Below are positions 35,601 to 49,327 of a stretch of 64,000 bases of DNA, piece after piece. The notes beneath the pieces were generated by a model. That model was not told the origin of the DNA. It made no database searches and saw nothing but the letters and a program-made list of their open reading frames with translations. Each line of letters begins with the position of its first letter. The stretch's first letter is position 1. The stretch lies in assembly GCA_964016885.1 (NCBI GenBank), contig OZ024747.1:35774001-35838000 (forward strand), given 5' to 3'. Source of the DNA: Eledone cirrhosa (taxonomy: Eukaryota). Position numbers and translations under genes: made by a program.

Positions 35601-38600
35601 ATTTCCCGAATGTGCCAATGTGGACTTGGACAAATCGCATAGGGTCATCCAGATGATATCTAGATAGAGTATTCTGTAGGGAAATAGATAGGTCAAGCAT
35701 AGGCTGTCCACAATTCAAGATAGTCAGCTACACGGACCACAAATTCGTGATCTGTGTGCTTGACTTAGATAGGCTTCGTAGACGAGGACCCGGCTACTGG
35801 AAGCTAAACGCGTCCTTACCAGCGCGCAAGGCCTACAGAGACCGGATTAGCGAACTAGTTAAGCGGGGGTTTACGGGGGCCATCGTCAACAACAAGTGGT
35901 GGTTTGCTCTGAAAAGAGCGATTAGAATAGAATCCATTAGGTTTAGTAAGGCTTTAGCAATAGAGAAAAATAGAGCAGAGGGAGAACTAGTTAGAAAATT
36001 AGACGAGGCGCTTAGCAAAGGCATTGCGACCGACGTCCTTGCGGCGAAATTGGCCCTTGACCAATTCTTCAATGCAAAGCACGAAGGCTGCGTTGTCAGA
36101 GCAAGGGTGCGTGCTCTCAGACACGAGGGGACGAAAGCCGTTCAATGGGCCCGAGTGGCGGAGGCGCGTCGTGGCAACAAAGCCACGATCCGGTCTTTGG
36201 TGGACCACGACGGGCGCATGCTACTCGATCCCGGGCAAATGTGTGAAGCTTTTCAGCGACACTTCGCTCAGCTGTTCGGGGGCAGCGGTCGGCCGGGTCG
36301 AGGGATGGACTTTAGTGTCTACCTCGACGGACTGCAGCGGCTCTCGGCCACTGAGGCGAAGTGTTGCGAAAAGCCGATAACAGCCGCTGAAGTAAGGGAA
36401 GCAATGACTGGCTGCACAAGGGGTAAATCGCCTGGTTTGGATGGTCTGCCCTATGAACTTTACGTACAGATGCCAGACTTGTTCGGAGGCCTCTTGGCGG
36501 ACGTCTACTGCAACTGGCAATAGAACGGGAGAATTCCCAGTTCTGTGAGCCGAGGAGCGGTGGCACTGCTGAGAAAGGATCCGAACAAGGGGGACAACAT
36601 AGATAATTTCCGGCCCATAACTCTGCTAAACACAGAGTTCAAGATTTTGGCCAAGGTGCTAGCAAAGAGGTTGGCGCTTGTCGTTGGTGGTCTAGTGGGA
36701 GAGGCGCAGACATGTGCCATTCCCGACAGATCCATCCACGACAACCTCCACCTCATGCGATACATCGTAGAGAGGTTAGCTAGGGAACATGGCACAGGTG
36801 GGTCCTTGATCAATTTAGATCAGTCGAAAGCTTTCGATAGGGTCGACCATCGTTACCTAGCGGCAGTCCTGAGGGTGGCTGGCTTTGGGCCCGTCTTCAG
36901 AGGCTGGATCGCTGCCATGCACAGCGACATCTGTCTGTGGTGAGAGTGAGCGGACACCTGTCGGAACCGTTCAACATCATGCGCTCGGTCCGCCAAGGAT
37001 GTCCCCTCTCGTCCCTCTTGTACGTATTGACTCTCGAGCCATTACTGCACAAACTGGAGACGTTGAGGGGCGTCCCGCGCGAACTAGGTTGCGGAAGATC
37101 CGTGTCAGCATATGCGGACGATGTCACCGTAGTGGTGTCGAACGCCAAACACATCGAGGCGATCGGCACTACACTAATAGAATACGAAGCGGTGACAGGA
37201 GCAATGATCAACCAGGAAAAGTCAGTGGGCCTGCAGCTCGGCACCTGGAGAGGCAGGTCCAAGCTGTCCAACAGCGTCGTCAGACGCTGGACGGACGGAC
37301 CGGTTAAATTGCTAGGGGTCTGGTTCGGTCCGGACCTCCAGATGGACAACAACTGGGACGATGTGACGAGCAGGGTGGCTTCTCTCACCCAGAAATGGGC
37401 GGAGAGGAAGCTATCCCTGAAAGGTCGAGCGGAGGTGGCTAACGCGTACATCGCGTCTGTCATCTGCTACCGCCTGACCGTCGTACCTTGTCCTAAGCCT
37501 CGCCTGACTGTGCTGGAGCGTTTTCTCTTTCGCTTTTTGTAGAAGGGACGCGCTCCGATGGTCAGGCGGTCCATCTGTTGTCAACACCCGCTACGTGGAG
37601 GGCTGGGCATGCCGTGGCTGATGATGCGCAGCCACGCGCTCAGGCTACGACATCTCCACCTCTTCCTCGACGGTGGTCAGTTGTGGTCGCCGTTTGCTAG
37701 ACACGTATTTCCCCAGCTCGTTTCCTTGACGGAGCTGCAGTCCTGGGTCAAGCGAAGACTGAGATGGAGCGCCTGGAGACTGGAATATCTTCAGGCGCTC
37801 ACAGCGCTCGATCAATCGGGCAATGAGATCGGTGGAAACTCCACCTCGGCGTTCTATAGAGGATTAGTGGAGGGGAAGAGCGACGACGTACTTGGGGAAA
37901 CTCTACGCGTCGATGAAAATCAACTAGCCAATCTCTTCGGAAGAACTTTCGGGCCAGGGCCTATGGACAACTTCCAGAAATCTCTGGCCTGGCAGTGCTA
38001 CCGAGGAGCCTTGCCAGTTCGGAATAAACTCTACAGACATGGAGGTGCCGTCAGCCGGGCATGTCCGAGATGCGCGCAGGGCGACGAAACCGTCCTGCAC
38101 ACACTCGTCCAGTGTCCGAAAATTGCTGACTTATGGGTTTATGTCGAACACCTGCTGTCGTGTTTAGGACGGATCCGGCTATCATCTGAGTCCATCGTGA
38201 GGATTGCCCCGCCCTCCTCCTTTAGCCGGGAAGGGCAGGCAGTTTTTATCTGTCTGGTGGCCATGGCGAAAGAGATAGTATGGTGGACACGTTTGAAAGG
38301 GCTGAAGACGAGCACTTACCTCTTCGGTGATGCTCTGATTCACTTTTTCAAATTTCATTTGAAAAGGAAAATCAGATTAGAGAGGGAAGTGCTCTCTTCC
38401 CAGCATTTTGTTGAAAGATGGGTGAGAGAAGCAAGAATGGCCCGAGTGAATGGGCCTACTCTGAGTATATATCTGTAAATTAAAGGTGGAAAACTGGGAG
38501 AGGGCACTTGCCTTGGTGGTCAGGGTCATTGTAGCTTTTTACTGGGCTTTCTCCACAAATGTCCCTCCGAAGTCTCCCCCCTTTTGGGGAATTTTTCATT

Positions 38601-38731
38601 GTTATTTTTTGTTACACCGTCTGTTCTTCCTTCTTTTTTTACACGCAGAAATGCCCATTTGTACCGTCCTGTATTGTCCTGCACTGTCCTTAATGTCTAC
38701 TTTATGTAAACCCTTGTGGTTAATAAAGAAA

Positions 38732-38733
<2 letters not shown>
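32690..38733 (+). mobile_element. Full-length Tx1-type LINE (copy T4; ORF2 of subfamily B, divergent ORF1)
   Basis: ORF1 32870..35024 (CFRCGSKTHLRAFC); ORF2 35060..38478 with several stops and a frameshift; 3'UTR like T2; (TTA)n tail 38734..38790. Confidence 0.94.
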
Positions 38734-38781
<48 letters not shown>

Positions 38782-38978
38782 GTTACTATTATGTTTTTTT
38801 GTTTTTTTCTCGTGCAATGGCCATACTCGATAATGAGGGTACAACCATCATATATATTCCTTTATTATATTTCGAATACCTAACGATGTCACCGGCTTCA
38901 TACTGAACCCGGTCATTGAAATGATCATAGTATAATAAAACTTGTATGGAATTATACCAATATCCAATCTCCTGTTAT

Positions 38979-39034
<56 letters not shown>

Positions 39035-39055
39035 TGTGTGTATGGATGGATGTAA

Positions 39056-39115
<60 letters not shown>

Positions 39116-39582
39116 GGATTGCGTGTCTGTTTGTGAGTAATTAATATATAAACATGTATTTATAGCGACGGCTATATGGCTCGAATTTGAAATAATATAT
39201 GAACTGTATAGCATGCCATTTCAAATGTACTTATGTAAGTGTATCGTTTGTATTAATGTGTGATTACATGACTAATTTATTAGGATGCTATAGTCACATT
39301 CACCAAGTCATGAATACTATTCCCATAATATGTGGCACAATTAGTTGTTTGAAGAAATAGTGCATAAACTATTTTGCTAGTCCTTATTTAGAACAAGGAA
39401 CTTTAATAAATACATTCTAACTAGCAATAATCTTTAAATATTTCACATTGACTAAAACATCGTTTATTTTATCTCATGTATTTAACAAACTGCTGGTGAT
39501 TATGAGGATAAATATTTAAAATCTATTAACACACACACACACACATACACACACACACACACAGACACACACACACACACAG

Positions 39583-39654
<72 letters not shown>

Positions 39655-40879
39655 GGGAGGGTCGAAAAAGAGAGAGTGAGTCAGAGTCAGGCAGAGAGAA
39701 ATAGAGAGTGTTCGTTATATATTCATAACGTATGTATGTGAAAGTTCCTGTTCTGATTCACGAGTAAATGCATACAAATAAAGTATAAATATATAAACAT
39801 ACTTTTACAATTCTATTTAAAATTGTCATAGATTGAATGAATTTGAAAATAAGTTGATAAGCAGAATATTTATATCATCTCAATAAATCATGGCCATATG
39901 ATATAATTTATATTTCATTAATATACAATTATATAAAAAAATTATAATAAAAAAATTATATTTCATAGATTTGTTCAGAGTGATACGACACTCATTGTAA
40001 ATAGTAAATATTTGAGGATGCATCTAAACGACTGCAGATATATATATATACCTTTATAATATATGCTTTCATAATTTTTCAAGAATATGACAGCACTATA
40101 TTAGCGTGAAAATTATCTTTTATTCTACATCGATTTGTATATTCAATATTGAATTTCAAATGGACAAGTCTCAAAATGGCGAAGTACTTCCTCGCAAGCA
40201 TCATTGTTTATTACAGAATTAATAGCATTTGTTCCTGACAATTTAGAAATCAAAACGAAAACGAAGAATGTGTATGTATAGCAAATATATTTCTGTACAA
40301 TAATTCAGACATTAATACATGTATAACTACATACTTACTTAGACATATACATGCTGAAAGATAGATACACATATTTAGAAATATATGTGTATTTAAAATA
40401 TATTATGCGGCAACATGCAATTCTCTGAAACCAGTTAAATTTCCCCTATACAGTTCTAGTTGTTACCGATTACTCAATGATAAATGGTGCCTTACATGAA
40501 GATGTCATTCTCATTACTTACCCACACTATCTTATTTTCTCCATCTCACTATATATACGGTCATGGTGTGATAGATAGGGGTTGAATTCCTCGGAGTCAC
40601 TTCTGTTGATTCATTCCGGTATTCTCAACTAGTATTTATCTAGGTTGCACGGCAAGCTGCAGACATGTTTTCTACAAAAAATGCAATTTAGACCTACAAA
40701 ATCTACATATTTAAATGAACGTATCATTTAATAAATATGTATCAAGGGAAAGATGCGTGTGAAATTTTCAGAGATTTTGTATAGGATACTCTATAGATAT
40801 TTGTTTCTCTAAATGGCATTTAGAAAGACCAACATTCATTGAGATGTTATGTATATTCGGGACAAAGTTTATTATGTGA

Positions 40880-40923
<44 letters not shown>

Positions 40924-40970
40924 AAGTAATTAAGTCAAATATTTAAAATGTGGCTTCGCTTATAATGGAT

Positions 40971-41031
40971 GGACTGCTATATATATATTTCGGTGACAGC
41001 CAGCATTGTCTGTGACCTCTTCAGGCAGTCC
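40971..41031 (-). ncRNA. Type I hammerhead ribozyme with canonical core
   Basis: Minus strand: GGACTGC-CTGAAGA-ggtcacagacaatgctggctgtcacc-GAAA-TATATATA-TA-GCAGTCC. Perfect 7-bp stem I, pairable stem II, AUA cleavage triplet. Confidence 0.82.
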
Positions 41032-41177
41032 GAATTGTTGTGGTAGAGACAGGTACACATGTTGTTAAAGTGTTTTACTCTGTCAATACTCCGATATGTC
41101 CAGGTCCTGGTTCGGTTGTTATTTCTCTGAGGAACTTGAATCATATGAATTCTAACAAACGAATTGCGGCATCATAG

Positions 41178-44100
41178 TACACTCTCTCCACCCATTGGTC
41201 AGTTGTGAGAAAATTCCTCAGTGAAAAGTCTATAGAAATTGGTTTCTGAGGCAAGATAATCTGCTGTGGTTGTTTTGTTAAGTATAGCTGACCTCCTCCC
41301 TTGTGTTTATTGGCGTTAGGGGGTTAGCTGGCAGGTCAGCCTTAATTCTACTGCTGCTGTCTTCAGAAGAATGGGTGTGTGTGGGTTGACATCAATCCTA
41401 CCACCCATTCACCTGGTGGGGGTGCCAAACAGATAATGAAATAAGATAAAGTAAAACGAAGAAATAAAACATAAATAAAAAAATAAAATAATGAAATAAT
41501 AAGATAAGATACAATAAAATGAAGAAGTAAAACAATAAATAAATAAATAAAATAGACTAAAATGCGTGTTTGTTATAGCCAATATCAAATATCAAAGAAG
41601 AATAAAGTGCATGTGTGTTATAGCAAATATTCAGGTTTGAAAGATTTGGAAAATATTGACTGAAGAAGAAAGGCTATGTGTCAGAATCAGGAAATGCAAA
41701 GGATTACGATCTTTACACTATCATGAGGGTGGTGCGTTTTAAGAGCAAATGAGGCAGGAGTGGAGTGTAAAACACAATAACCTGAGTGTCAAAATCCGGA
41801 AATGCAGAGGACCAGAGTTTTAATTCGGCATAGAGTACATATGCGTGTATGTCAACCCACATCGTTGCAAGCCCACACGCACAGATATCGGCACAGGTAC
41901 ATCCCATAATCACACACACACAGATTATGCAAACACACACACACACCCTTATATGTATATGTATATATACACGCGCACACACACGCACACACACATACGC
42001 ACGCGCACACACAAACACACGCACGCACACATATGTAAGTATCAGTGCATGTACAATCATACATAACAGGATCTATGTATGGACATATGCATAAGTCTGT
42101 GCTGCCATAGGAGTCGATCGAGGCTGGGGTAGGGGTGGGGAAAGTGTAGGGAGTGGTTTACTGTTGGCTCGGTGTGGCGGGGCTACTGTCCCTATAGCTT
42201 GAGGGAAGTTCCCTTCCCAATGCGTTGTTGTGGCCCATATAGTTAGAGGAAAATCCCGGCCCTGAGGGGTCTACATGTCCCAGGGAAGTCCCTATATCTT
42301 GAGGGAAGTTCCCATCCCAAAGTGTTGTTATTGTCGGTAAACAACCAACATATACTCAGAATTTATGTAGCTCCACCACGTGTAGAGCGCTTCAAACAGT
42401 AGCGGACATAGTCATTATGGAAAAACTGCGAACCTTGGCATCACTGAAGGATATCCCCCTACCTGGCAAACAAGAATACACCAGTGAGCTCATCAGAAGT
42501 ACGGACTCCCTTGTCCATAGGATGAGATGGAAAGCGTTCCACTTTCAAAGAGGAACGCCTAAAATTACCAACACCTAAAACATGCATATCATTTTTAGAT
42601 CAAGGAGGAACCCTCCCCACAACAGGCTAATGGAGGAGTTCGAAAACGAGATGATCAACATTATCACCAACATCAAATTCTCCGGAAACCCACCCAGAAG
42701 TCCGGTGTACCTCAGACACCTGGGAAACGGGATTACAAAACTTAAAGAGACAACTGGAATACTTGTCCATGCCGATAAAACCAACAACATCTACAACATG
42801 GACATTGGACTGTAAAATAAGCTAATTCTCTGGGAACTGAGGAAATGCGACAAAAAAATACCTGGAGTTACCCTGGATGAGATCAACGCCACGGGTTACA
42901 GGATTATATCAGGACTCGGCATAGATGATAGGACAGCCCCATACCAACCAAGGGAGCCCTTAAGGACCACAAGCCAAACTTTGAGTCTGAACTCCCGGTT
43001 AGTCTAATAGCCCCTTCCAGATCAGACCTAGGGATCGTCAGTAAAAGAATACTAGATAAGATTTTGCCCAAGCTTCGGAAAAAAACTAGATTACAGCAAT
43101 GGTCATGCACGGGAGAGATAATAGAATGGTTTAAGATACTACCTGAGAAAAGTAGGACCAGCTTTATCCAACTGGATATTGCAGGCTACTACTCCACAAT
43201 CTCTCCCATAGTACTCAATAAGGCCCTTATTTTAGCGATGTCCAATACAGATGTAACACGCGAGGAGGTGGGCATCATCCACGCTGCCCGAAACACCGTG
43301 ATCAGTTTCGGTGGATACCTTTGGACCAGAATGATTGGCAAAATAACTTGGACATCACGATGGGCTCCAGCGACTCGGCACAGGTAACGGACTTGGTCGG
43401 GCTATTCCTGCTGAAGCAGATAAAAGATGAAATCCCTTGCCTGGGCGAAGGATTGTATCGTGACGATGCACGCTTCACAGTCTATGATCACAGCACCACT
43501 ATGGTGGAGAGAATGAAGAGGCGTATTCGGCATTTGTTTAAGAACCATGTGCTCAATATCGAACTAGACCCAAATAGAAAGGTAGTTAACTTCCTAGACA
43601 CCACCCTAAACCTGAACACGGAGTAATACTACACCTACCACAAGCCCAACGAAAAACTGGTATATGTTAACGCCAAGTCACACCACCCTAGATGCATAAT
43701 TAAGGCCGTAGTGAAGAGTGTCACGGACAGGATCTCCAGCCTGTCCGCAAATAAGGAGATCTTCGATAGCAACGTGGAATATTAAAACGCAGCTCTAAAT
43801 AAGGCGGCGCATATCATACAATCCGAAGCACCATGACGGTGATAGCCCAACGGATACACCGACCCACGGGATCTGGGATGGGGGAACCCTAACAATACAA
43901 GCAGAGTGGAAACAACTAAACACCATGCACCCGACACCACCACATTGGCGAGGGGCACGCGTACCATGGGAGGAAACCTGGTTCGAGTAGCGGTCTCAGG
44001 GGTGATATCAACCACCCCGGGCCCGACGCTTCCAAACGCAAGACACGAAGCGGACCGATGGAAGACCATCCCATCGTAGAACTCCCAGCGTGGATAATAA

Positions 44101-46204
44101 CCACCCCAGAGATACGGGTCGGGAGTTTAGCAGAACACATAGCGCCCAAAGGGGAAGCATCAATGCGGGAACCACTAGGAACCCAACAACTCCCCAACAG
44201 CCCACGACACGCTCAACCCACCCACATAGGAGTAGACACAGAAAAATCACGTGGTACAACCCACCATACTCAGCGGCCCTAACGAACAGCATGGCCCGCA
44301 CATTCTTTAGAGCACTAGATAAATGCATCCCGAAGGACCATAGATACGGCAAGATCTTCAACAGACACACTGTAAAGTTCTCATATTCTACCACGCGAAA
44401 TGTGGCCAAGCACATAGCTAGCATCAATAGGGGTAGACATAAAAACCACACAAAACCGGAAGCTGGCAATATAGGCACCCGGCGGAACCATGTTGAGGGA
44501 AAGAAGCGTGGACCCAGTAACCCAAACAGACTTAGGGACACCCCACCGGGCCCGGGGGGCGGGGGACCACCAAATAATACGCAACAGGAACCCCACATTA
44601 GGCACACGGAGGTCGACCACCTCCTGCAACTGCAGAAGCACAGCATTATCCCCCCCCCTAGTAATGAATACCTAAAGAACTTAATATACCGATGTAGAGT
44701 AAAAACCCCAATTCTGAACACATATACATAGGAGGCACACCAACGAGCTTTAATGACCGATGGTATAAACATCGCCATTCCTTTAATAGGGAGGACAAAA
44801 GGAAAAGTACGGCTCTTTCCGAACTGATCTGGAAGCTCAAGCTGTGGGGATCTGGCATCTGCAAACTATGTCTCAGTGAGACCCGCGAGATACTCAGCGG
44901 TGGAAGCAGCCTGATACACCTCAGTACTGACTTCTTCGGGACATGTAGATACCTCAGGGCTGGGACCTTGCTCAAGCTATATGGACAATAACAACACACC
45001 GGGAGGGGAACTTCCCTCAAGCTTTAGGGACTTCTCCGGGACGTGTAGACACCCCTGGCCCGGACCTTCCTCGAGCTATATGGGCAATAACAACACTTTG
45101 GGATGGGAACTTCCCTCAACCTATAGGGACTTCCCCGGGATATATAGACCTCAGAGCCGGGTCTTTCTCTAACTATATGGGCAACAACAACGAATTGGGA
45201 AGGGAACTTCCATCAAGCTATAGGGACAGTAGACCCGCCACACCGAACCCACGGTAAACCACCCCTACACTTTCACCACCTCTACTCCAGCCTCGATCGA
45301 CTCCTATGGCAGCACAGACTTATGCATATGTCCATACATAGATCCTGTTATTTAAGATTGTACATGCACTGATACTTACATATGTGTGTGTTTGTGTGTG
45401 CGCGTGTATATATACATATATATATATATATGTGTGTGTGTGTGTTTGTATAATCTGTGTGTGTGTGGTTGTGTGTGATTATGGGATGCATCTGGGCCCG
45501 TATTTGTGCGTGTGGGCTTGCAACGATGTTGGTTGACATACTCCATGCCGAATTAAAACTCTGGTCCTCTGTATTTCCGGATTTTGACACTCAGGTTATT
45601 ATGTTTTACACTGCACTCTTGCCTCATTTGCTCTTAAAACGCTCCACCCTCATGATAGTGTAAAGATCGTAATCCTTTGCATTTCCCGATTCTGACACAT
45701 AGCCTTTCTTCTTCAGTCAATATTTTCCAAATCTTTCAAACTTGAATATTGGCTATAACACACACGCACTTTATTCTTCTTTGATATTTGATATTGGCTA
45801 TAACAAACACGCATTTTATTCTATTTTATTTATGTATTTATTTATGTGTTACTTCTTCAATTTATTGTATCTTATTTCATTATTGTTTATATTTTATTTC
45901 TTCATTTTACTCTATCTTATTTCATTATCTCTTTCGCCCCCCCCCCCCCCCTACCACCACCACCACCACGTGAAAGGGTGGTAGGATTGATGCCAACCCA
46001 GACACACCCATTCTTCTAAAGACAACAGCAGTAGAACTAAGTCTGACCTGCCAGCTAACCCCCTAACGCCAATAATCACAAGGGAGGAGGTCAGCTGTAC
46101 TTAACAAAAACAACCACAATAGATTGTCTTGCCTCAGAAAAAAATTTCTATATACTTTTGACTGAGGAATGTTCTCACAACTGACCAATGGGAGGAGATA
46201 GTGT
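41178..46204 (+). mobile_element. Decayed Penelope-like element (P2) with ~1.1-kb terminal inverted arms
   Basis: Broken ORF from ATG 42417 (MEKLRTLASLKDIPLP..RMRWKAFHF; ITMGSSDSAQVTDLVG; GLYRDD; ITWYNPPY; YIGG). 41178..42335 is the reverse complement of ~45080..46204. Confidence 0.88.
44931..45227 (+). repeat. Three diverged ~100-bp tandem units in the P2 3' region
   Basis: Units start at 44931, 45031 and 45130 (CTTCYYCGGGA...GCTATATGG.CAAYAACAAC...GGGAACTTCC.TCAA). Confidence 0.85.
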
Positions 46205-46409
46205 CCTAAGATAAAGTACAGAACCGAATGTGCAGCATTAGGTGTGTCCACGTGCCCACACGACATACATAGTCATCAGAGGTATGATACCGGACCCCAT
46301 AGACCTGCACCGCCACCCCGACTGACTTCCGCGCCCCCGTATGGATCTAGTTGGAACCATCAGGGGATTCCCATGTGAAGGGTGTGCACTTTCGTTGGTG
46401 TTTACATGC

Positions 46410-46905
46410 AATGCTGATCTCCGATTTCAGGTTGACTGCGTCATCCTTTAATCTCACAATCTAATGTACTGGGATAATTACTGGCCTTGTGTCAAAAGTA
46501 GTAACAATTATAATCTATTATATCATATATAATTGTTTCTACGTTTGGTACAAGGCCAGCAATTATCATAGTGTATTACTGGTACTTTATTTTATCGACC
46601 TCGTTAGGATGAAAGGCAAAATTAACCTCGGCGGGATTTGAACTCAGACCATAAATGGACGTAACTTTTTGCTGCAGAGCATGGCGTCAGCCCCTCTACC
46701 AGTACTACAATGTAATATATTATAATTTAATATAATATAATTGTTTCTAATTTTGGCACAAGGCCAGCAAATACCCCGTAAATTACTGGTACTTTATTTT
46801 ATCGACCCCGTAAGGATGAAAGGCAAAGTTAAACTTGGCGGTATTTGAACTCAGATCGTAAAGGGATGTATATCTTTTCATCAAAGCATGGCGTCTGACC
46901 CTCTA
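46410..46905. mobile_element. Cluster of three Nin-core SINE copies (46410..46510 +, 46529..46710 -, 46738..46905 -)
   Basis: Repeated CTGGTACTTTATTTTATCGACC..GGATGAAAGGCAAA..GATTTGAACTCAGA; the + copy is more decayed. Confidence 0.82.
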
Positions 46906-47970
46906 TAATTTAATATAATATAATATATAATATATAATATTTCGCCTACAATTTACAAATTTGTTAAATGTAACCATCATCCATATGGCTGTGATTTCCA
47001 TTAAAATCATAAATCAATGTTTCCAATCAGAAAAATTAATAATTGAGAAAGAAGCAATCACTTTAGTTCTAGTCTACACAACTGATTGATTCAAATGCCA
47101 AATAATCTATACAGATTGTCTGTCCACTTTCTTTTTGCACCGGTTTCCGTCAGGCATTCTCAGACACCACACAGCTGAACCCTTCCATAAAATTGGATTG
47201 ATAGCAACCCGTCTAAGGAAGCAGCCCCGCGAGGTGGGTGGCTGTTGGGGCGAGGCACAGCCGAATCACCGCTCTGATCTAGATGTAGGGTCTCTCACCT
47301 ACTCCCTTTTGCGCTTTCTTTCTTTTTCTTTTTTCTAGTAGCCCCCCCCCCCCCCCCCTCCTTTCATTTGTGGCATTGGTTGTCCTTTAATATGCTGCTT
47401 TCTTTTTATGCATGTTCAAGCAATTTATAATAATGACAAGACGTTAATGTAAACGCGAATGTTAGGAATTTAGACGTATGTTAATTACTATTAGATTCCC
47501 AAGGAACTGCAACGTCACAGAGTTAATGACAGGTTTTTCGTTTAACTCGGTTAAAGTGAGACATAGAGGAAGTCATGTGACATGTAACAAACTTTTAATG
47601 CATGTTCGATTATTTTATTATCGGAATACTACTACTACTACTACCAATATTACCATCAATACTACAGTTGTCATCCTCATGCTCCTCCCCTCCACCCCAC
47701 CCACCCCTTTACCCCATTGATATTAACGGGAATAATGTCGAAAATGATCCAGCTAATGGTTCTGAAATTATTGGGATTGTTAGCCTCAGTATAAAGGATA
47801 TCATAATGATGGACTTCATGAAACTGAATGGCGAAAGAGAAAGGAGAGTCGTGAATACATTTATTAATATACAGTTTCAAGTTAATGTTATACTGTAATA
47901 TACAAAAAAATAATTCAGATCATAATTTCTGGTGTTTATCTCAAGTTATTTTCTTTCTCTTTATCTCTCT

Positions 47971-49267
47971 ATTCTCTCTCCATGTATATTTGTTTACTAC
48001 AACCATTTTATGAAAGACATGGGTATTTGCAGCACATAAAGAATTGCGCCATATAAAATGCAGTTGTATCTTTAATATGAAATCCCTATCAACGACGGAA
48101 AATAAAATTAAATGACACGAAACTAAGTAGTAATAATTCTAATAATTTTACAGCGACATTCCCGTTAATGATTCTTCATTAATTTGTATATATATATATA
48201 TATGTAAATATCTTTAAGTCGTTTGGAAGCCTCGACAATGCAAATGGGTAAATCTCCAGGTAACAAGATCCGGTGGTGGAGAAAGAGATGTAAGTGGGTG
48301 TACGATGAGATGCGTGGTGTGTATAAGATGTGTAAGATGAGTAGAAGAATGAAGGGAAGAGTATAAAGGATAAAATTAAAATAACACCACAAGAGAGAGT
48401 TACCTTGGGAGAGATTTAATAGTCCCTACATATTTCGGATTCACATCCATCAACTGGGGTTTTTTTCCGGGGTGGGGGAAAAGTTGTCTGTCGGACAGGT
48501 GCGAAAAGAGTCCTCCGCTGTTTGTTGTTTTGAATATCTGAGGTATTCGGCAGAGCGTGCGTGCGCGTGAAATGGGGTCGGTCAGGAAGAGGTCAGCGGC
48601 CGAATGAGGGAGTGGGGTGACGCTAGCTGTCAGTCCATTCTCTGCCTGTAGCAGTAGCATACCACCATACGAACATACTACACTGCCAATACAGAGGAAC
48701 AAGGCAACAACACACGCACACACACACACACACACTCAAGCGAGACAACAACACACGCACACACACACAGTAACATTTAACATACAGGCAGAGAATGGAC
48801 TGACAGCTAGCGCCAACCCATTCCCTCATTCGGCCGCTGACCTCTGCCCGATCGACCCTATTTCACGCGCACGCGTGCTCTGCCGAATACCTCAGATATT
48901 CAAAACAACAAACAGCGGAGGACACGTTTCGCACCTGTCCGACAGACAACCTTTCCCCCACCACGGAAAAAACCCCAGTTGATGGATGTAAATCCGAAAT
49001 ATATGGGGACTATTAAATTTCTCCCAAGGTAACTATCTCTTGTGTTGTTATTTTTATTTTATCCTTTATACTCTTCCCTTCATTCTTCTACACATCTTAC
49101 AAATCTTATACACATCACACATCTCAACGTACACCCACTTACATCTCTCTCTCCAACACCGGATCTTGTTACCCGGAGATTTACCCATTTGCATTGTCGA
49201 GGCTTCCAAACGACTTAAAGATATTTACTTATTATTCCACAATGCTTCAAGCAAATTTCAATACTCT

Positions 49268-49327
<60 letters not shown>

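Noticed and set aside
39100-40880. Unique AT-rich stretch as a possible host exon or regulatory region
   Set aside because: No credible ORF, splice pattern or motif that I can support from sequence alone.
41200-41375. Hammerhead in the P2 arms (CTGAAGA on the minus strand near 41360)
   Set aside because: No convincing stem III or cleavage site, and the other arm has CTAAAGA.
44931-45227. CRISPR-like periodic repeat
   Set aside because: Whole ~100-bp units are homologous with no unique spacers; eukaryotic context and no cas genes.
47190-47310. Possible HDV-like ribozyme on the minus strand (CCCACCTCGCGGGG)
   Set aside because: A P3/L3-like hairpin is present but I could not place P1.1, P2 or J4/2; may be an RTE 5'UTR remnant.
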